In this document: piece by piece, positions 25,701 through 34,486 of the stretch
Position numbering within the stretch: position 1 is the first letter of the stretch
Layout: each line of letters begins with the position of its first letter
The notes under the pieces: model-generated
Database searches by the model: none
What the model saw: the letters and a program-made list of their open reading frames with translations, nothing else
Told to the model about the DNA's origin: nothing
Program-made: the position numbers and the translations under genes
DNA from: a virus
IMG/VR virus record: IMGVR_UViG_3300013800_000015
Location: 1-52,724 of that record
Reading direction: 5' to 3' (one strand)
DNA: 52,724 bases

Positions 25701-26454
25701 GGTTGACTGTTCCAGGTATCAACGTTATCGGATCATCTGTTGCCCAGCCTTCTCGCACTTCGTAGGATGAGCCGCCATCTTCTGTAAATCCTGGGTAACT
25801 GGTTAGTAGCGTTTCCCCTATCTTAATATCTTCAATCTTGCATGGCCCAACCCAGGCAAGCAGTATGCGGATATATTCATCTTCTCCCACAAGTTCTGTG
25901 TAGGGCTTTGCGCCCAAAGGAGGGAAGAATCGATGCGTCCCAAGCACAACGGGAACAGGCTGGTAAGGTGAAAGCTGGTTTCTCGCCCCGGATATCGAGT
26001 AAGCCTGACCGTCGCTAGTTTGTCCCTTGAGTTTTGGTGGGCGAATAGGGGCGATGGCATTCACTAGCATCATGCCGCCGGTCGTTACTACCGCAGCTGC
26101 TACTGCCGCGCCGAACGCCCCGCCAATGAACCCGCCAGCTAACCAGTATTGCTGCGTCACTGCCGCTATAACAACAACCGCTATTGTTAGCAATATTCGC
26201 AAAGGACTTTTGCCTCCGCCTCTGGTTGGCATGTAGACATTGACTAATGACTTTTCATCTGGAATCCGATCCCACTCAGCTTTCGGTATGTATTCCCCGT
26301 CAACCTCTATTACCATCTCGTTCTGTCTGCAAATATTTGGCAAACCAACATCGGCATAAATGGCAGTAGAAATATCGTTTAGCGATGCCCCGTGTGGCAC
26401 CTCTACCGGCTTTGTTTTAATAAAGTGCGTTGGCGATAATCTTACATCAGGCAT
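22717..26454 (-). CDS. Tail tip/host-specificity protein (lambda J-like) with a gpI-like N-terminal segment.
   Basis: 1245 aa. It follows the M-L-K-like genes. The N-terminus has RGGGKSPLRILLTIAVVVIAAV plus a Gly/Ala-rich hydrophobic stretch, like lambda tail assembly protein I. Confidence 0.8.
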   Translation of the reverse strand: MPDVRLSPTHFIKTKPVEVPHGASLNDISTAIYADVGLPNICRQNEMVIEVDGEYIPKAEWDRIPDEKSLVNVYMPTRGGGKSPLRILLTIAVVVIAAVTQQYWLAGGFIGGAFGAAVAAAVVTTGGMMLVNAIAPIRPPKLKGQTSDGQAYSISGARNQLSPYQPVPVVLGTHRFFPPLGAKPYTELVGEDEYIRILLAWVGPCKIEDIKIGETLLTSYPGFTEDGGSSYEVREGWATDDPITLIPGTVNQTRVDVKLESATGWVDRIMPAGYDELSVEVSFPQGLVRYNKLGKRRPVTVQYGIRYRVVGDVDWTYLSDAISFPAASRAISTMANGDWFVSAAMSGDIELSQSSLPKPGTIAIAKWNVNFGLVSGLTNFSGTGKTGMVVSEVGGDIQITSGSVKFPESPFIITGTTTSLVRRSFFGKVDRTKSYEVGLARITADTTDEKTSDLIYWTVFRGTSNDPPLNFPVPMAQIALRIKATEGVQNQIDIVNCLASSYAPRFIDGEWETTATDVSNNPAALFRGVLVHPANKQPRSLDQIDDETLGEWYELCETEGYTFNQVRETVSSVWDTLADIAFAGRGAPSLPYGKWSVDFDQATRTVKGHVTPRNSWGFRSEKTLINRPHAFKVIFNNEDKDYLEDEIYAYDDGYDSSNATVIERLEFKGITSSDLAWKFGRYQIAQARLRPETYTVFMDFEHLTFRRNDLLMVSHDVPRWGDHWGRVKSIQTSGSNTTGVVLDDLVLMEVGETYAIRFRLNDGSSLVMSVVNTENETDTLTFTGTVPTVDGPQVDNLCMFNVADTTAVELICLGIRRQHDLVAEVTFVDHAPAIYDADTGIIPPFDSNITGRLFPLSLATPVIESVRAELYGDDVTSGRLRQRIIVVGSIPDEHVAVSNREVVIRYRVKDSLEPWIYFPVTTSVIVIDVPVEGIYELQAKQKGVLQGLPGYFGLTESLWTAVQEVNVTSVSELGLPAPSAIKGFYEMDAQGLVTRVKLRINLDISVAIPSAIALMVSIQQVPRELDVTDHSTYVTVDEANVLNSGSFTILAGSASDNVVVATTANPLPSIDLSGFFWGSLDGVVYRKATGSTSTAFQFAEAFPTVPGPGDTLTWVELAWADERSEDFKLMQVVAADGSMEVAKWTAISYTSGEYRIAVDRAQEGTTQKTADKVRYYPAPGAGTETILVPASNFVEVENNVFEGSSDAQIQVPPGSWIAVTMATYVLEGMRVIRSPIVPITDWTRL

Positions 26455-26864
26455 GGGTGTCTATATATCCATTCGATGCGGTTTGCCCAAAGTGGGCTGC
26501 GGATACTCTCGATAACGGAATCGATTCCCTCCTCGACATGCAGCATTCTTTTTCCATCGATCATGATGCCCACATGAAAGGCGTGACGGCCTGTTCTCAC
26601 TTGCACCATGTCGAATGTCTGCGGCTTGTCCCCACGCAGCCAATTATCCCGGTCTTTGTTCATGATCCTGGCTATTTCAATCATTTTCTCCGGCGTTTGC
26701 TCTACGAAAACACCCGTGAAAGGATTAAGATCAATATTGTGCAGTTCTTTATAAACAAGGCACACAAGCCCGTAGCAATCAACGCCTTCTCTTGTTCGTC
26801 CATCTGCTTTAAAGGGTAACCCAACATAATTATTCGCCCACGCTGACAATTTTCTTCCAATCAT
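26442..26864 (-). CDS. NlpC/P60 (C40) peptidase-fold tail protein (lambda K-like position).
   Basis: GVDCYGLVCLVYKE (catalytic Cys context) and HVGIMIDG..MLHV (His). Confidence 0.75.
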   Translation of the reverse strand: MIGRKLSAWANNYVGLPFKADGRTREGVDCYGLVCLVYKELHNIDLNPFTGVFVEQTPEKMIEIARIMNKDRDNWLRGDKPQTFDMVQVRTGRHAFHVGIMIDGKRMLHVEEGIDSVIESIRSPLWANRIEWIYRHPCLM

Positions 26865-27367
26865 AAAAATACGCCCTTCGCTGTACCCGGAGTAAACATT
26901 AAACCAGGGAACGGCTCACGAACTAGGTTATCCAGTGTTAGCGTTCCCGAAATAGTGGCTGCATTATACTGGATATTCACTAGCACGTATTCGGGCCATA
27001 CCAGGTCAACAGTATCCTTCGCGTTGTCCATTACCATTTCGACTTTGAATGGTATCGGAGTGTGAATGTCCCTGATCGTCTGCGTGAGCGCACGATCCAC
27101 ATTGTCCAGCTCTATCTGCATCGTTCCCGGCCCAGAGTCGCTATCGTCCGGCAATTTAAAGCGCATCGGCATGAAAATGAAGCTTATGCCGCGCGAAATC
27201 GTGCCATACAGAACAACCTCATCTAGTTCTACCACACGTTCCGTCGGATCAGTGCTGATGTAGATCGGCTCGGGCATGTCAGGATGGTCGATAGTGATCA
27301 GCAGAATCGGTACTCTTCCTGTCTCAGAAGCGTACGCTGATTCCCGAAAATTTGCGGATATCGTCAT
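26861..27367 (-). CDS. Minor tail protein (DUF1833 / lambda L-like position).
   Basis: 168 aa, between the M-like and K-like genes. The PILLITIDHPD segment resembles DUF1833 proteins. Confidence 0.6.
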   Translation of the reverse strand: MTISANFRESAYASETGRVPILLITIDHPDMPEPIYISTDPTERVVELDEVVLYGTISRGISFIFMPMRFKLPDDSDSGPGTMQIELDNVDRALTQTIRDIHTPIPFKVEMVMDNAKDTVDLVWPEYVLVNIQYNAATISGTLTLDNLVREPFPGLMFTPGTAKGVFL

Positions 27368-27717
27368 GGCAACACCTCGAACTCAAGCTGCACCACATAA
27401 AAACCGTTGCTCATTGTCCAACTAGGTGGCGCAGTAAAGCGAAATTCCTTGGCCGTTAGTGATACCGGGTCTTTGTGCGAAAATCGCAACGAACCTCCGA
27501 GCAAGGTAGTTTCGTAGAATGTGCGCAGCGTCCCAAGCTGTGCTTCCGTCAGCTTCATTGTCCCTTTTACCGGGTACGTTTGCGCCGTGGATCGCCGTCT
27601 TATCTTCGCTGGTCCCACTTCCATTTCTGTTTTTAGCGTGGTATCTGGGCTTGATTGACTGTAGCCGGATTGCAGCAACTCGTCAGGAAGCCCACTAGCC
27701 CATACGGGAACGGTCAT
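27364..27717 (-). CDS. Minor tail protein (lambda M-like position).
   Basis: 117-aa ORF immediately after the tape measure gene. Confidence 0.55.
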   Translation of the reverse strand: MTVPVWASGLPDELLQSGYSQSSPDTTLKTEMEVGPAKIRRRSTAQTYPVKGTMKLTEAQLGTLRTFYETTLLGGSLRFSHKDPVSLTAKEFRFTAPPSWTMSNGFYVVQLEFEVLP

Positions 27718-30137
27718 CGCATCACCAGATTGTCAGTCATACCAAAGTTTTGGCGCAAGCTCTTGTTCGTTGCGCTTCCCTGTTCTCGCGTTTTCTTGGC
27801 CACAAGTTGATCAACCATCACGTCAATTTCCAGTCCATTCGATGTTTGTCTTTGCGAGGTTTCCCCGCCTTTTCCTGGTGCTTCCACCAAATTCACAATC
27901 ACGTTACCCACACCACCGCCACCGGTACGCCCTACCTGCGTCGGTGTGACTTGCCCGGATTGGTTGCCGGTCAGCAAGAATTGCTTGCCACCTGACGCGA
28001 ACAGCTCGGGTGTACCCCGCTCATTAACTTGGTACAGGGAATTCGGTGCTGTCGGCCCACCACTGGCACGAAACCCTTTAAACAAATTCGAGAATACGCT
28101 CGAGGCTGCCGTCGTGGTAGCCGACGCGCCGCCTCCACCAAAGTTCAACCCTGGTAAGGATTGCAGCAATGGAGTAATCAACTGCATTTGGACGTACATC
28201 CGCAGAATATCCTTAAGCACCGATTCCGCAAAGTCCGAAAACGAACCCTTCCCGCTCACAGCAAAATTCACCAGCGCATCCGTGGCCGAACGCCCCCAAC
28301 CTTGAACCGCAAACTTCAGTTGTTCAAAGTCTTGGTTCCCGCCTTGGACGGTCTTGCGCATATCGTCACCTGCTTTTTCCAGTGCTTTAAAGTAGGTATC
28401 TGGTCCCAGCTTTCCTGTACTCAGCAATCGGTTAAGTTCGTTTTGCTTTGCAATAAATACATCTTCAGCGCTCGCAACGTCCAAGGTTATCTGTTTTACC
28501 TTTTCCATGTCCCGCGCGTACTGCGCATTAAGGTCTTTTTGGGCAGTCAACGCGGCTTCGCTTTCCTTCATTTTCTGAATGTACGGCGCAGCAGCGTCCG
28601 CAACGCCCAGATAACCTGCCTTCAATTCGATAAGCGCAATGCCGGTCACTCCCGCTTGCATTGACTCTTCTTTTAGTGCCTTCAGGAATCGTTCTGATTC
28701 ACTAATGGCCGCTTGTTTTTCTTTGGTTGCCGTCGCTATCTTCGGAGGATCATTCGGTATAAGCTTTTGCTCTTCTACCAATGCAATGGGTTTTGCCGCC
28801 TCTTCTTTGATCCGCAGCAAATCTTGCAAATCCGCCTTAGCCTGATCAATCCTGGATTCCGCTTCGTCTAAATCTTTCTTACTATAGATGAAGTTGTCCG
28901 CAAAAGGCACGACGGCATTCCGCCCACGCATCTTTTCAAGGCTTTCGGTCAGATCGTTAATCTTCTTCTGCTGTTGCTCAATGTCGGTCAGGTTCTGCGT
29001 CTTGAACAGGCGCGCCAATGCATTCGCCGCACCTTCCGCAGCCGGAGTCAGAATACTTGCCAGCGTGGCCCCCACTTCCTTGGAGATGACATTCATCGCG
29101 GCAAAGAACCGATTAACCTTGAAGTCAGCCGTTGCTGCCATTTGGTCAAAAGCTTTGTCCGTTATCCCGGCCTTATCTGCCATCTGGCCCATAATTTGGT
29201 TGAATTCTTTCCCGCCGTTGTTCACCAAGTTCAGTGCAGGAAGGATAGCTTCAACACCTCCGAATAGAAGCCCAAGGGAGGTTACACTTCCACCTGTTTT
29301 CTGCTTTAATTCTTCCAGGAAGGCAAGCATACCTTTGGATTTTATCGCGGCTGCGTTGAAATTGAGACCGAGGCGTTCTGCTTCGTCTGCGGCCTCGGAT
29401 GATGGCTTAACCACGGCAGCAAGAACAGCTCGAACACTGGTAATCGATTCACGGGCAGATACCCCGGTCAACGTCAGTGCGGCAATGGCGGAAGTAACCT
29501 CTTCTAGTCCTACGTCAAGCGCATCGGCCAAAGGTATAATTCTACCCAATCCCTCAGATAGTTCCTCAATGGAGATTTTACCGGCAAGCGAAGCGGTAAA
29601 GAGCGTATCACTTACCTCGTTCACGTCCTTTACCTTATCGCCATATCCCTTGACGATTGAGGTTAGGCCAGAGATAGCCGTACCGAGATTACTGTTGCCC
29701 CCAATTGCCAACTTATTGGCTGCGGTAAGCAGTTCTGTAGCTTCTCTAGTGTCCGTGATACCGGTTGAAAGTACCTCGTAGAATGCTTTTGATTGATCTG
29801 TCAGCCCCGAACCGAACTGAAGCGCTAGGTTCTGACTTGCCGCGGCAAACTCGTTTACCCGCGCTGTGTTGTCCAACAACTGGGTGGAAATTTCCCCAAG
29901 GGTTTTATCAAAGGCGATAAAATCCCGCGAAGCTCCACCAAGTGTTTGAATTGCAGCATATGCCGCCGCAGCAATCCCGGCAACCTTTTTGAACTGACCC
30001 ACGATGGCTTCGGTCGATCCCTGCAAACCGCTTTCCGCGTCTGCACCGGCCTTTTGCATCCGCTTCAGGGATTGTTCTGCGTCCTTGACCTCAAGGGCAT
30101 CAACACGCAACGCTAAACTAGCAACATCGACTGTCAT
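27714..30137 (-). CDS. Tape measure protein.
   Basis: 807 aa, Ala/Leu/Gly-rich and helical. It lies downstream of the frameshifted chaperone pair. Confidence 0.85.
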   Translation of the reverse strand: MTVDVASLALRVDALEVKDAEQSLKRMQKAGADAESGLQGSTEAIVGQFKKVAGIAAAAYAAIQTLGGASRDFIAFDKTLGEISTQLLDNTARVNEFAAASQNLALQFGSGLTDQSKAFYEVLSTGITDTREATELLTAANKLAIGGNSNLGTAISGLTSIVKGYGDKVKDVNEVSDTLFTASLAGKISIEELSEGLGRIIPLADALDVGLEEVTSAIAALTLTGVSARESITSVRAVLAAVVKPSSEAADEAERLGLNFNAAAIKSKGMLAFLEELKQKTGGSVTSLGLLFGGVEAILPALNLVNNGGKEFNQIMGQMADKAGITDKAFDQMAATADFKVNRFFAAMNVISKEVGATLASILTPAAEGAANALARLFKTQNLTDIEQQQKKINDLTESLEKMRGRNAVVPFADNFIYSKKDLDEAESRIDQAKADLQDLLRIKEEAAKPIALVEEQKLIPNDPPKIATATKEKQAAISESERFLKALKEESMQAGVTGIALIELKAGYLGVADAAAPYIQKMKESEAALTAQKDLNAQYARDMEKVKQITLDVASAEDVFIAKQNELNRLLSTGKLGPDTYFKALEKAGDDMRKTVQGGNQDFEQLKFAVQGWGRSATDALVNFAVSGKGSFSDFAESVLKDILRMYVQMQLITPLLQSLPGLNFGGGGASATTTAASSVFSNLFKGFRASGGPTAPNSLYQVNERGTPELFASGGKQFLLTGNQSGQVTPTQVGRTGGGGVGNVIVNLVEAPGKGGETSQRQTSNGLEIDVMVDQLVAKKTREQGSATNKSLRQNFGMTDNLVMR

Positions 30138-30729
30138 TTCGCCCTCGATCTAATGTAGAAGAGTGATTCTACCAGTAACTCCGTGTCCTCAACCTGAAAG
30201 TATTCCAGCAAAAATTGAAGAGCATCCCAATCCAACATCCCGCCCATCAGATACCACACGTCGAAGGCCAGGGCATTGTTCTCTGTTAATTCAACCTCCG
30301 CTGCTACGACCGCTCTTGCACGCGGGATTTTCTTGAAGGCTTCGTTGTCGTACCAGCGTGTGAGTTTTTTATTTCGGCCTCTTTTACCACTTGCCGATCA
30401 AATGCTGACTTCGTGATGGCTTTGGAAATATTCAGCCACCAGTCCATTCTGTCCATCACCAATTCGTTATACAACGACTGATCGAACGGCACCAAGACAT
30501 CAGGATCACCGTCAGGAATAATGTCCCGTTCGGTTACACCCTCCCAGCCGGTTATCGCAATCGAAGCCATAACAGCATCCGGCGAAATGGTCTTATCCCC
30601 GCTGTATTCATTGATAATGCGGATCAATCTGGAATAAAGTGGGCACTGTCCTGTAAAGGTTATGTGCCCAACCTGTACCTCAATTTTCCTGTCGGCTCTG
30701 AGCCGTTCTAGTAGTTCTGCTGGCTTCAT
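30134..30729 (-). CDS. Tail assembly chaperone -1 frameshift product (GT-like).
   Basis: After A_AAA_AAC, the -1 frame stays open for 76 codons (LTRWYDNEAFKKIPRARAVVAAEVELTENNALAFDVWYLMGGMLDWDALQFLLEYFQVEDTELLVESLFYIRSRAK). It stops at a TGA overlapping the tape measure ATG. Confidence 0.6.
30304..30729 (-). CDS. Tail assembly chaperone (G-like, zero-frame product).
   Basis: 141-aa ORF between the tail tube and tape measure genes. It contains the slippery heptamer near its 3' end. Confidence 0.7.
   Translation of the reverse strand: MKPAELLERLRADRKIEVQVGHITFTGQCPLYSRLIRIINEYSGDKTISPDAVMASIAITGWEGVTERDIIPDGDPDVLVPFDQSLYNELVMDRMDWWLNISKAITKSAFDRQVVKEAEIKNSHAGTTTKPSRKSRVQERS
30364..30370 (-). 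promoter_or_regulatory. -1 programmed frameshift slippery heptamer A_AAA_AAC.
   Basis: Plus strand gtttttt at 30364-30370. The zero frame reads ATA AAA AAC (I K N). Confidence 0.6.
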
Positions 30730-30731
30730 GA

Positions 30732-31385
30732 TTACGACGCGAAGTATTGTTCTGGTGCTTTCAGCTTGACGCTGATCGTTCCTTTACCAAAGGCACCGGC
30801 AGCACCACTAAGACCACGGCCACCGGCCCATGTAGCGTTGAAGATCATCACCGTATCATCATTGAACGTTGCACGTCCCACGCGCTCGGTTTTTGTATTA
30901 GAAGCTTTCCGCAGTTCCACAATTGCAGGGTCGAACGGCTTGGCAAAACTCTCAAAGTTGATTGTAGGCGCGGAATCCAAGCCAAAGGCTTCAATCCTAT
31001 TAGGGGCGTGAATCGTAGTCAGATCCTCAACGGTCGGCTGAGGCTCTGGGTAGTCAAAGTTCGATAGCGTATCAAACGCAAGAAATGAGGATTGCTCAAC
31101 TGATGTCCCACCAGAAACATAGGTGGAAAAATCTGTTGAATCCAGCCCTTCACATGTGAACTCATCTGTGGTTGCCCCAGCCTTGACACGAACCACACGC
31201 CCGTTGATTTGGCTCATTCCTACAACGTTGTCAATGACCGTAAGTTCCCCGGCAGTCAGACCATGCCCAACACAAGAAACTACCGCCTCACTTGCCTTAG
31301 TGATACCGGTAATCACTTTGGACGTACCAAACGCACTGTTAATTTCAACCTTAACCCCAACGAATTGAATAGGATTTGACATCAT
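30732..31385 (-). CDS. Major tail tube protein.
   Basis: 217 aa, directly upstream of the chaperone pair. Confidence 0.65.
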   Translation of the reverse strand: MMSNPIQFVGVKVEINSAFGTSKVITGITKASEAVVSCVGHGLTAGELTVIDNVVGMSQINGRVVRVKAGATTDEFTCEGLDSTDFSTYVSGGTSVEQSSFLAFDTLSNFDYPEPQPTVEDLTTIHAPNRIEAFGLDSAPTINFESFAKPFDPAIVELRKASNTKTERVGRATFNDDTVMIFNATWAGGRGLSGAAGAFGKGTISVKLKAPEQYFAS

Positions 31386-31777
31386 GCCTCCTGTATTATC
31401 TGAGAAAAGTACACAAACACGGATTGTACCAGCCTATCCTCTTCCGGGCGCGGGTCTTTTATTGCTGGCGTTCTGTTAATCATAACCCCGGATACAACGG
31501 AACCAGATTTGAACGTGCTTTGAATCAATTCGGCTCTTGTTGTTATCGTTCCGCTACCGGCAAGCAAAGGGTAAAACAACCGAACCTGCATGTATCCTTT
31601 TTGTTCATACGTCCTGTGGATCATTATATTATCCGGGTCGGTGAACTCAAATAGCACTTGTTGGTAAGGTGTGCCTTCCACCGGCTCGTAATTATCCCCG
31701 ACATACGACGTTGCCAATGCCGGACTGATTGCCGCAAGTGCTGTTTCGAGTGCTGCACGTATCGCTTTATTGGACAT
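31382..31777 (-). CDS. Tail terminator-like protein (DUF4128/gpU-like position).
   Basis: 131 aa, immediately upstream of the tube gene. Confidence 0.5.
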   Translation of the reverse strand: MSNKAIRAALETALAAISPALATSYVGDNYEPVEGTPYQQVLFEFTDPDNIMIHRTYEQKGYMQVRLFYPLLAGSGTITTRAELIQSTFKSGSVVSGVMINRTPAIKDPRPEEDRLVQSVFVYFSQIIQEA

Positions 31778-32207
31778 TGTTCGCCGCCTCTCTCACCACC
31801 TGCTCAAACTCCAATACGGTAACGTGAACCATGCCGTTCGGTGCCTGGCGTGACCAGCCTTCTTCTAGGGGCTTAATGTAGTCCACGTTATTCGCTATCC
31901 AGTGAATCCCTGCTGCTGGCGCACCTAGCACACCCGATGTTAAGCTTTTAATCGTTGCTGATCCTGACTTGTCTACAATCTCCAAAACATTCGTGGGCAT
32001 TTGCCCAAAGCTATACTGCCAGTTCGCCCTCGACCGGCCACCAACGTATCCTTTTGGTGGATATTTCGTCTTCCAGTATTTCGTGTCGCCTACCGGATTG
32101 CGCATGATGATTCTTGTCCCCAGGTCGATAACCACAGCTCGAACGACCTTATCCACCTTGCCCGTGGCCTTATCTACAAATCGGGAAAGATCAGCAGTAA
32201 AACTCAT
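31767..32207 (-). CDS. HK97 gp10-like neck/tail-completion protein.
   Basis: 146 aa. MSFTADLSRFVDKATGKVDKVV...GGRSRANWQ pattern. Confidence 0.55.
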   Translation of the reverse strand: MSFTADLSRFVDKATGKVDKVVRAVVIDLGTRIIMRNPVGDTKYWKTKYPPKGYVGGRSRANWQYSFGQMPTNVLEIVDKSGSATIKSLTSGVLGAPAAGIHWIANNVDYIKPLEEGWSRQAPNGMVHVTVLEFEQVVREAANNVQ

Positions 32208-32560
32208 TTCCGAACCTGCAACCTATAAATAATCGGGTTTCCGTCAGGAAATACAATCTCAACATTCTTTATTGTTCCCGTAAAACCAATAAAAGTTATC
32301 TGTCCGTTCACCTTGGGTTCTGTTATCCCCGAACCGGCAACAGTGACTTTCACATCCCCGCGTCTTATATTCGTTCCATCAATCTCACTTGCTTTGTATG
32401 CTATTGGCAATCCTACACCGATCTGCACGGTTTCAGTGTTAGATACTCCACCAGTTGCCGGGTTATACGCCCCTGGTGTTACCGTGGTAATCGTGATCGG
32501 CTGGCCTTTCCTTCCAAGCAGATCAAGTGCCAGTGCGATTGCGGAATCGTACTCGCTCAT
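32204..32560 (-). CDS. Head-closure / head-tail joining protein.
   Basis: 118 aa. Called from its position in the connector block. Confidence 0.45.
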   Translation of the reverse strand: MSEYDSAIALALDLLGRKGQPITITTVTPGAYNPATGGVSNTETVQIGVGLPIAYKASEIDGTNIRRGDVKVTVAGSGITEPKVNGQITFIGFTGTIKNVEIVFPDGNPIIYRLQVRK

Positions 32561-33075
32561 ATCCGTATCATTTGCGCGGTGCGTCCGGCACCGTTCGTCA
32601 AGAAGCGAGAGAGCATCGCATCGATCTCTGCGTATCGGATCTGAACCGAACTGAATTCGCTGTAGGTTACAGACACAGCGCCTTCAACCGATTCACTTAT
32701 TACCTTGCGCTTCTCATCGGACATAAGGTCATCCCCGGTCGAAGCGCGAAGTGCCAGCAAGGCGCAAGCTTGTTTCACCTCATTTGGCACAATGCCGTTG
32801 TCGTAATACTGAAGGAATCTCAACCCAACAATTGGCACGTCTTCCCTTGGCCAATCCAGTGCCTGTGTTGCGAGACTACGGTAACCTGCCCACAAGGTCG
32901 TGTACTTCCCTGTCATGTAGTCAGTGCCTTTGCGCAGGTTTTGTTCCTTTTGTGGCGTAGTCAATGCTGCCCATGCCGCATTCCCGCGCGCGGCGTGGAT
33001 CGTGTCCGCATCCGCTACGCTGCATAGGGATTCCGCGTTGGTCAAACCGGTTCCGTCTTCAACGATGAGAGACAT
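32557..33075 (-). CDS. Head-tail adaptor.
   Basis: 172 aa. First connector gene after the capsid block. Confidence 0.5.
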   Translation of the reverse strand: MSLIVEDGTGLTNAESLCSVADADTIHAARGNAAWAALTTPQKEQNLRKGTDYMTGKYTTLWAGYRSLATQALDWPREDVPIVGLRFLQYYDNGIVPNEVKQACALLALRASTGDDLMSDEKRKVISESVEGAVSVTYSEFSSVQIRYAEIDAMLSRFLTNGAGRTAQMIRI

Positions 33076-33248
33076 TATTTATCTTGTGTTGGTTGTGCAG
33101 GTTCAGGCGCAGCTTTCTTTGCTGCCTTCGGTTCAGGCCGTATCGCGTCCGGCTCCCAAAGCACATGCTTTTCTGGATCAAAGTCTTGCTTATTAATCAA
33201 ATGCCATCCTCTCGGCCCATCTCGAACTACTTTAACTGTTTCAGCCAT
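33075..33248 (-). CDS. Small hypothetical protein with a Pro/Lys/Ala-rich tail.
   Basis: ATG 33248 is preceded by tggagaagagcATG. 57 aa. Confidence 0.45.
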   Translation of the reverse strand: MAETVKVVRDGPRGWHLINKQDFDPEKHVLWEPDAIRPEPKAAKKAAPEPAQPTQDK

Positions 33249-33257
33249 GCTCTTCTC

Positions 33258-33287
33258 CAAAATAAAGGGCGACCAATAGCCGCCCTT
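33258..33287 (-). terminator. Intrinsic terminator just after the major capsid gene.
   Basis: Minus-strand RNA reads aagggcg-gctattggt-cgccctt followed by tatttt. Confidence 0.6.
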
Positions 33288-33308
33288 CGTGTTTGCTTAC
33301 GTTACCAA

Positions 33309-34475
33309 TTAACCCCTCAGAATGGCTACGTGTTGTGGTTTCCACACGATTGCGTCGTACAGCAATCCAATATGGATCATTGTTTTGAAGAATCCTTTGT
33401 ACACCGAAACGTCGAATGCCAATCCAGAGAATGTATCTTGAACAACCATGCGCTCCGCCGCAGCATCACCTCCGTTCGGCACAGCTATCGGTCGTGCTGC
33501 AAGTTCAACCGCAGATCGGTGGAAGCCTACGTTGTATGTGTAGCTATTGCCGATGGTCATTTCCACAGCATCGGCTACGGCCACACGTAAGCCCGGATCA
33601 TTCAGAACGATATCGCCCGAAGCTGCCAGTAGTCCAGACTTGACAACATAGCTGTTTACTGTGTCACTTGCAAAAGTAACAATATCCCCAGCCAATATAC
33701 CATTCGCACCGGTCGTACCTCCATCCAAGGTTAGCGTAGTCTGACCTACGGCCTCACCCGAACCGTTGTTAATGTCGTAAGCCGTACCTGTACCCTTTGT
33801 GTGGATACCAATACCTGCCGATTCCTTCATCATGAAGCCTTGCAAATCAAGTAAAGCCCCCCGGCGCAACAGTGAATCATTACCTGACTCATTGACTTTT
33901 TGTAGATTTGCTAAGTTCCGCAATTTCGTACCAGCGGTCGAACTAAGCACCAGCGACAGGTTGCCGTCATCTGCTGGGCAACCGTTGTCCACCAGGATTT
34001 GACGTAACTCGGCAATCAAGTCAAAGTTAGAGGCAAATGGTGTGGTGCCCGCCGTACCCACTGCGCGAGACGCACCTTTGTAGATGATTCCAGCAAGATA
34101 GGATTCAATTGTGTTCGTGATGGTACGCATGGCCTGAAGAATCTGATCACCGTAGATGGTTTCAAATCCGCTGCCATTGTTGACATGTTTGATGTCCTCA
34201 CCTGTCCAAGGAATTTTAACGGCGGCATATTGGTTCAATTGCAGCGCTTTGTTGTCCACCGTTTGATCAGTTCCTTCCGGTATGGTCATCGAAGGTGCAA
34301 AAGAGGTTTCCACGGTGGGTGTTCTGGTAAAATGTGAACGTACCGTGTCCCCCTTCGCTACTTGCTGCGCGCCTGCGTTAACTGTCACGGAAGGAATCAA
34401 GCCAACCAGTTCCCGGCCCACAACATCCGCTGATTTATATAAGTCTGCTGCCAAGTCATCCAATACGTTAGCCAT
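33309..34475 (-). CDS. Major capsid protein (P22 coat-like).
   Basis: 388 aa. It follows the scaffold gene. Its overall layout and C-terminal segments resemble P22 gp5-type coat proteins, judged by eye. Confidence 0.8.
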   Translation of the reverse strand: MANVLDDLAADLYKSADVVGRELVGLIPSVTVNAGAQQVAKGDTVRSHFTRTPTVETSFAPSMTIPEGTDQTVDNKALQLNQYAAVKIPWTGEDIKHVNNGSGFETIYGDQILQAMRTITNTIESYLAGIIYKGASRAVGTAGTTPFASNFDLIAELRQILVDNGCPADDGNLSLVLSSTAGTKLRNLANLQKVNESGNDSLLRRGALLDLQGFMMKESAGIGIHTKGTGTAYDINNGSGEAVGQTTLTLDGGTTGANGILAGDIVTFASDTVNSYVVKSGLLAASGDIVLNDPGLRVAVADAVEMTIGNSYTYNVGFHRSAVELAARPIAVPNGGDAAAERMVVQDTFSGLAFDVSVYKGFFKTMIHIGLLYDAIVWKPQHVAILRG

Positions 34476-34486
34476 TTCGTTATCCT

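Noticed and set aside
28888-29781. 297-aa plus-strand ORF inside the tape measure gene. Similar long antisense ORFs occur at 21417-21959, 21975-22508, 34734-35189, 35998-36534 and 16785-17153.
   Set aside because: All lie antisense to long, well-supported late genes. They have low-complexity Ser/Ala/Pro-rich translations, no RBS, and no partners in an operon. They are typical shadow ORFs.
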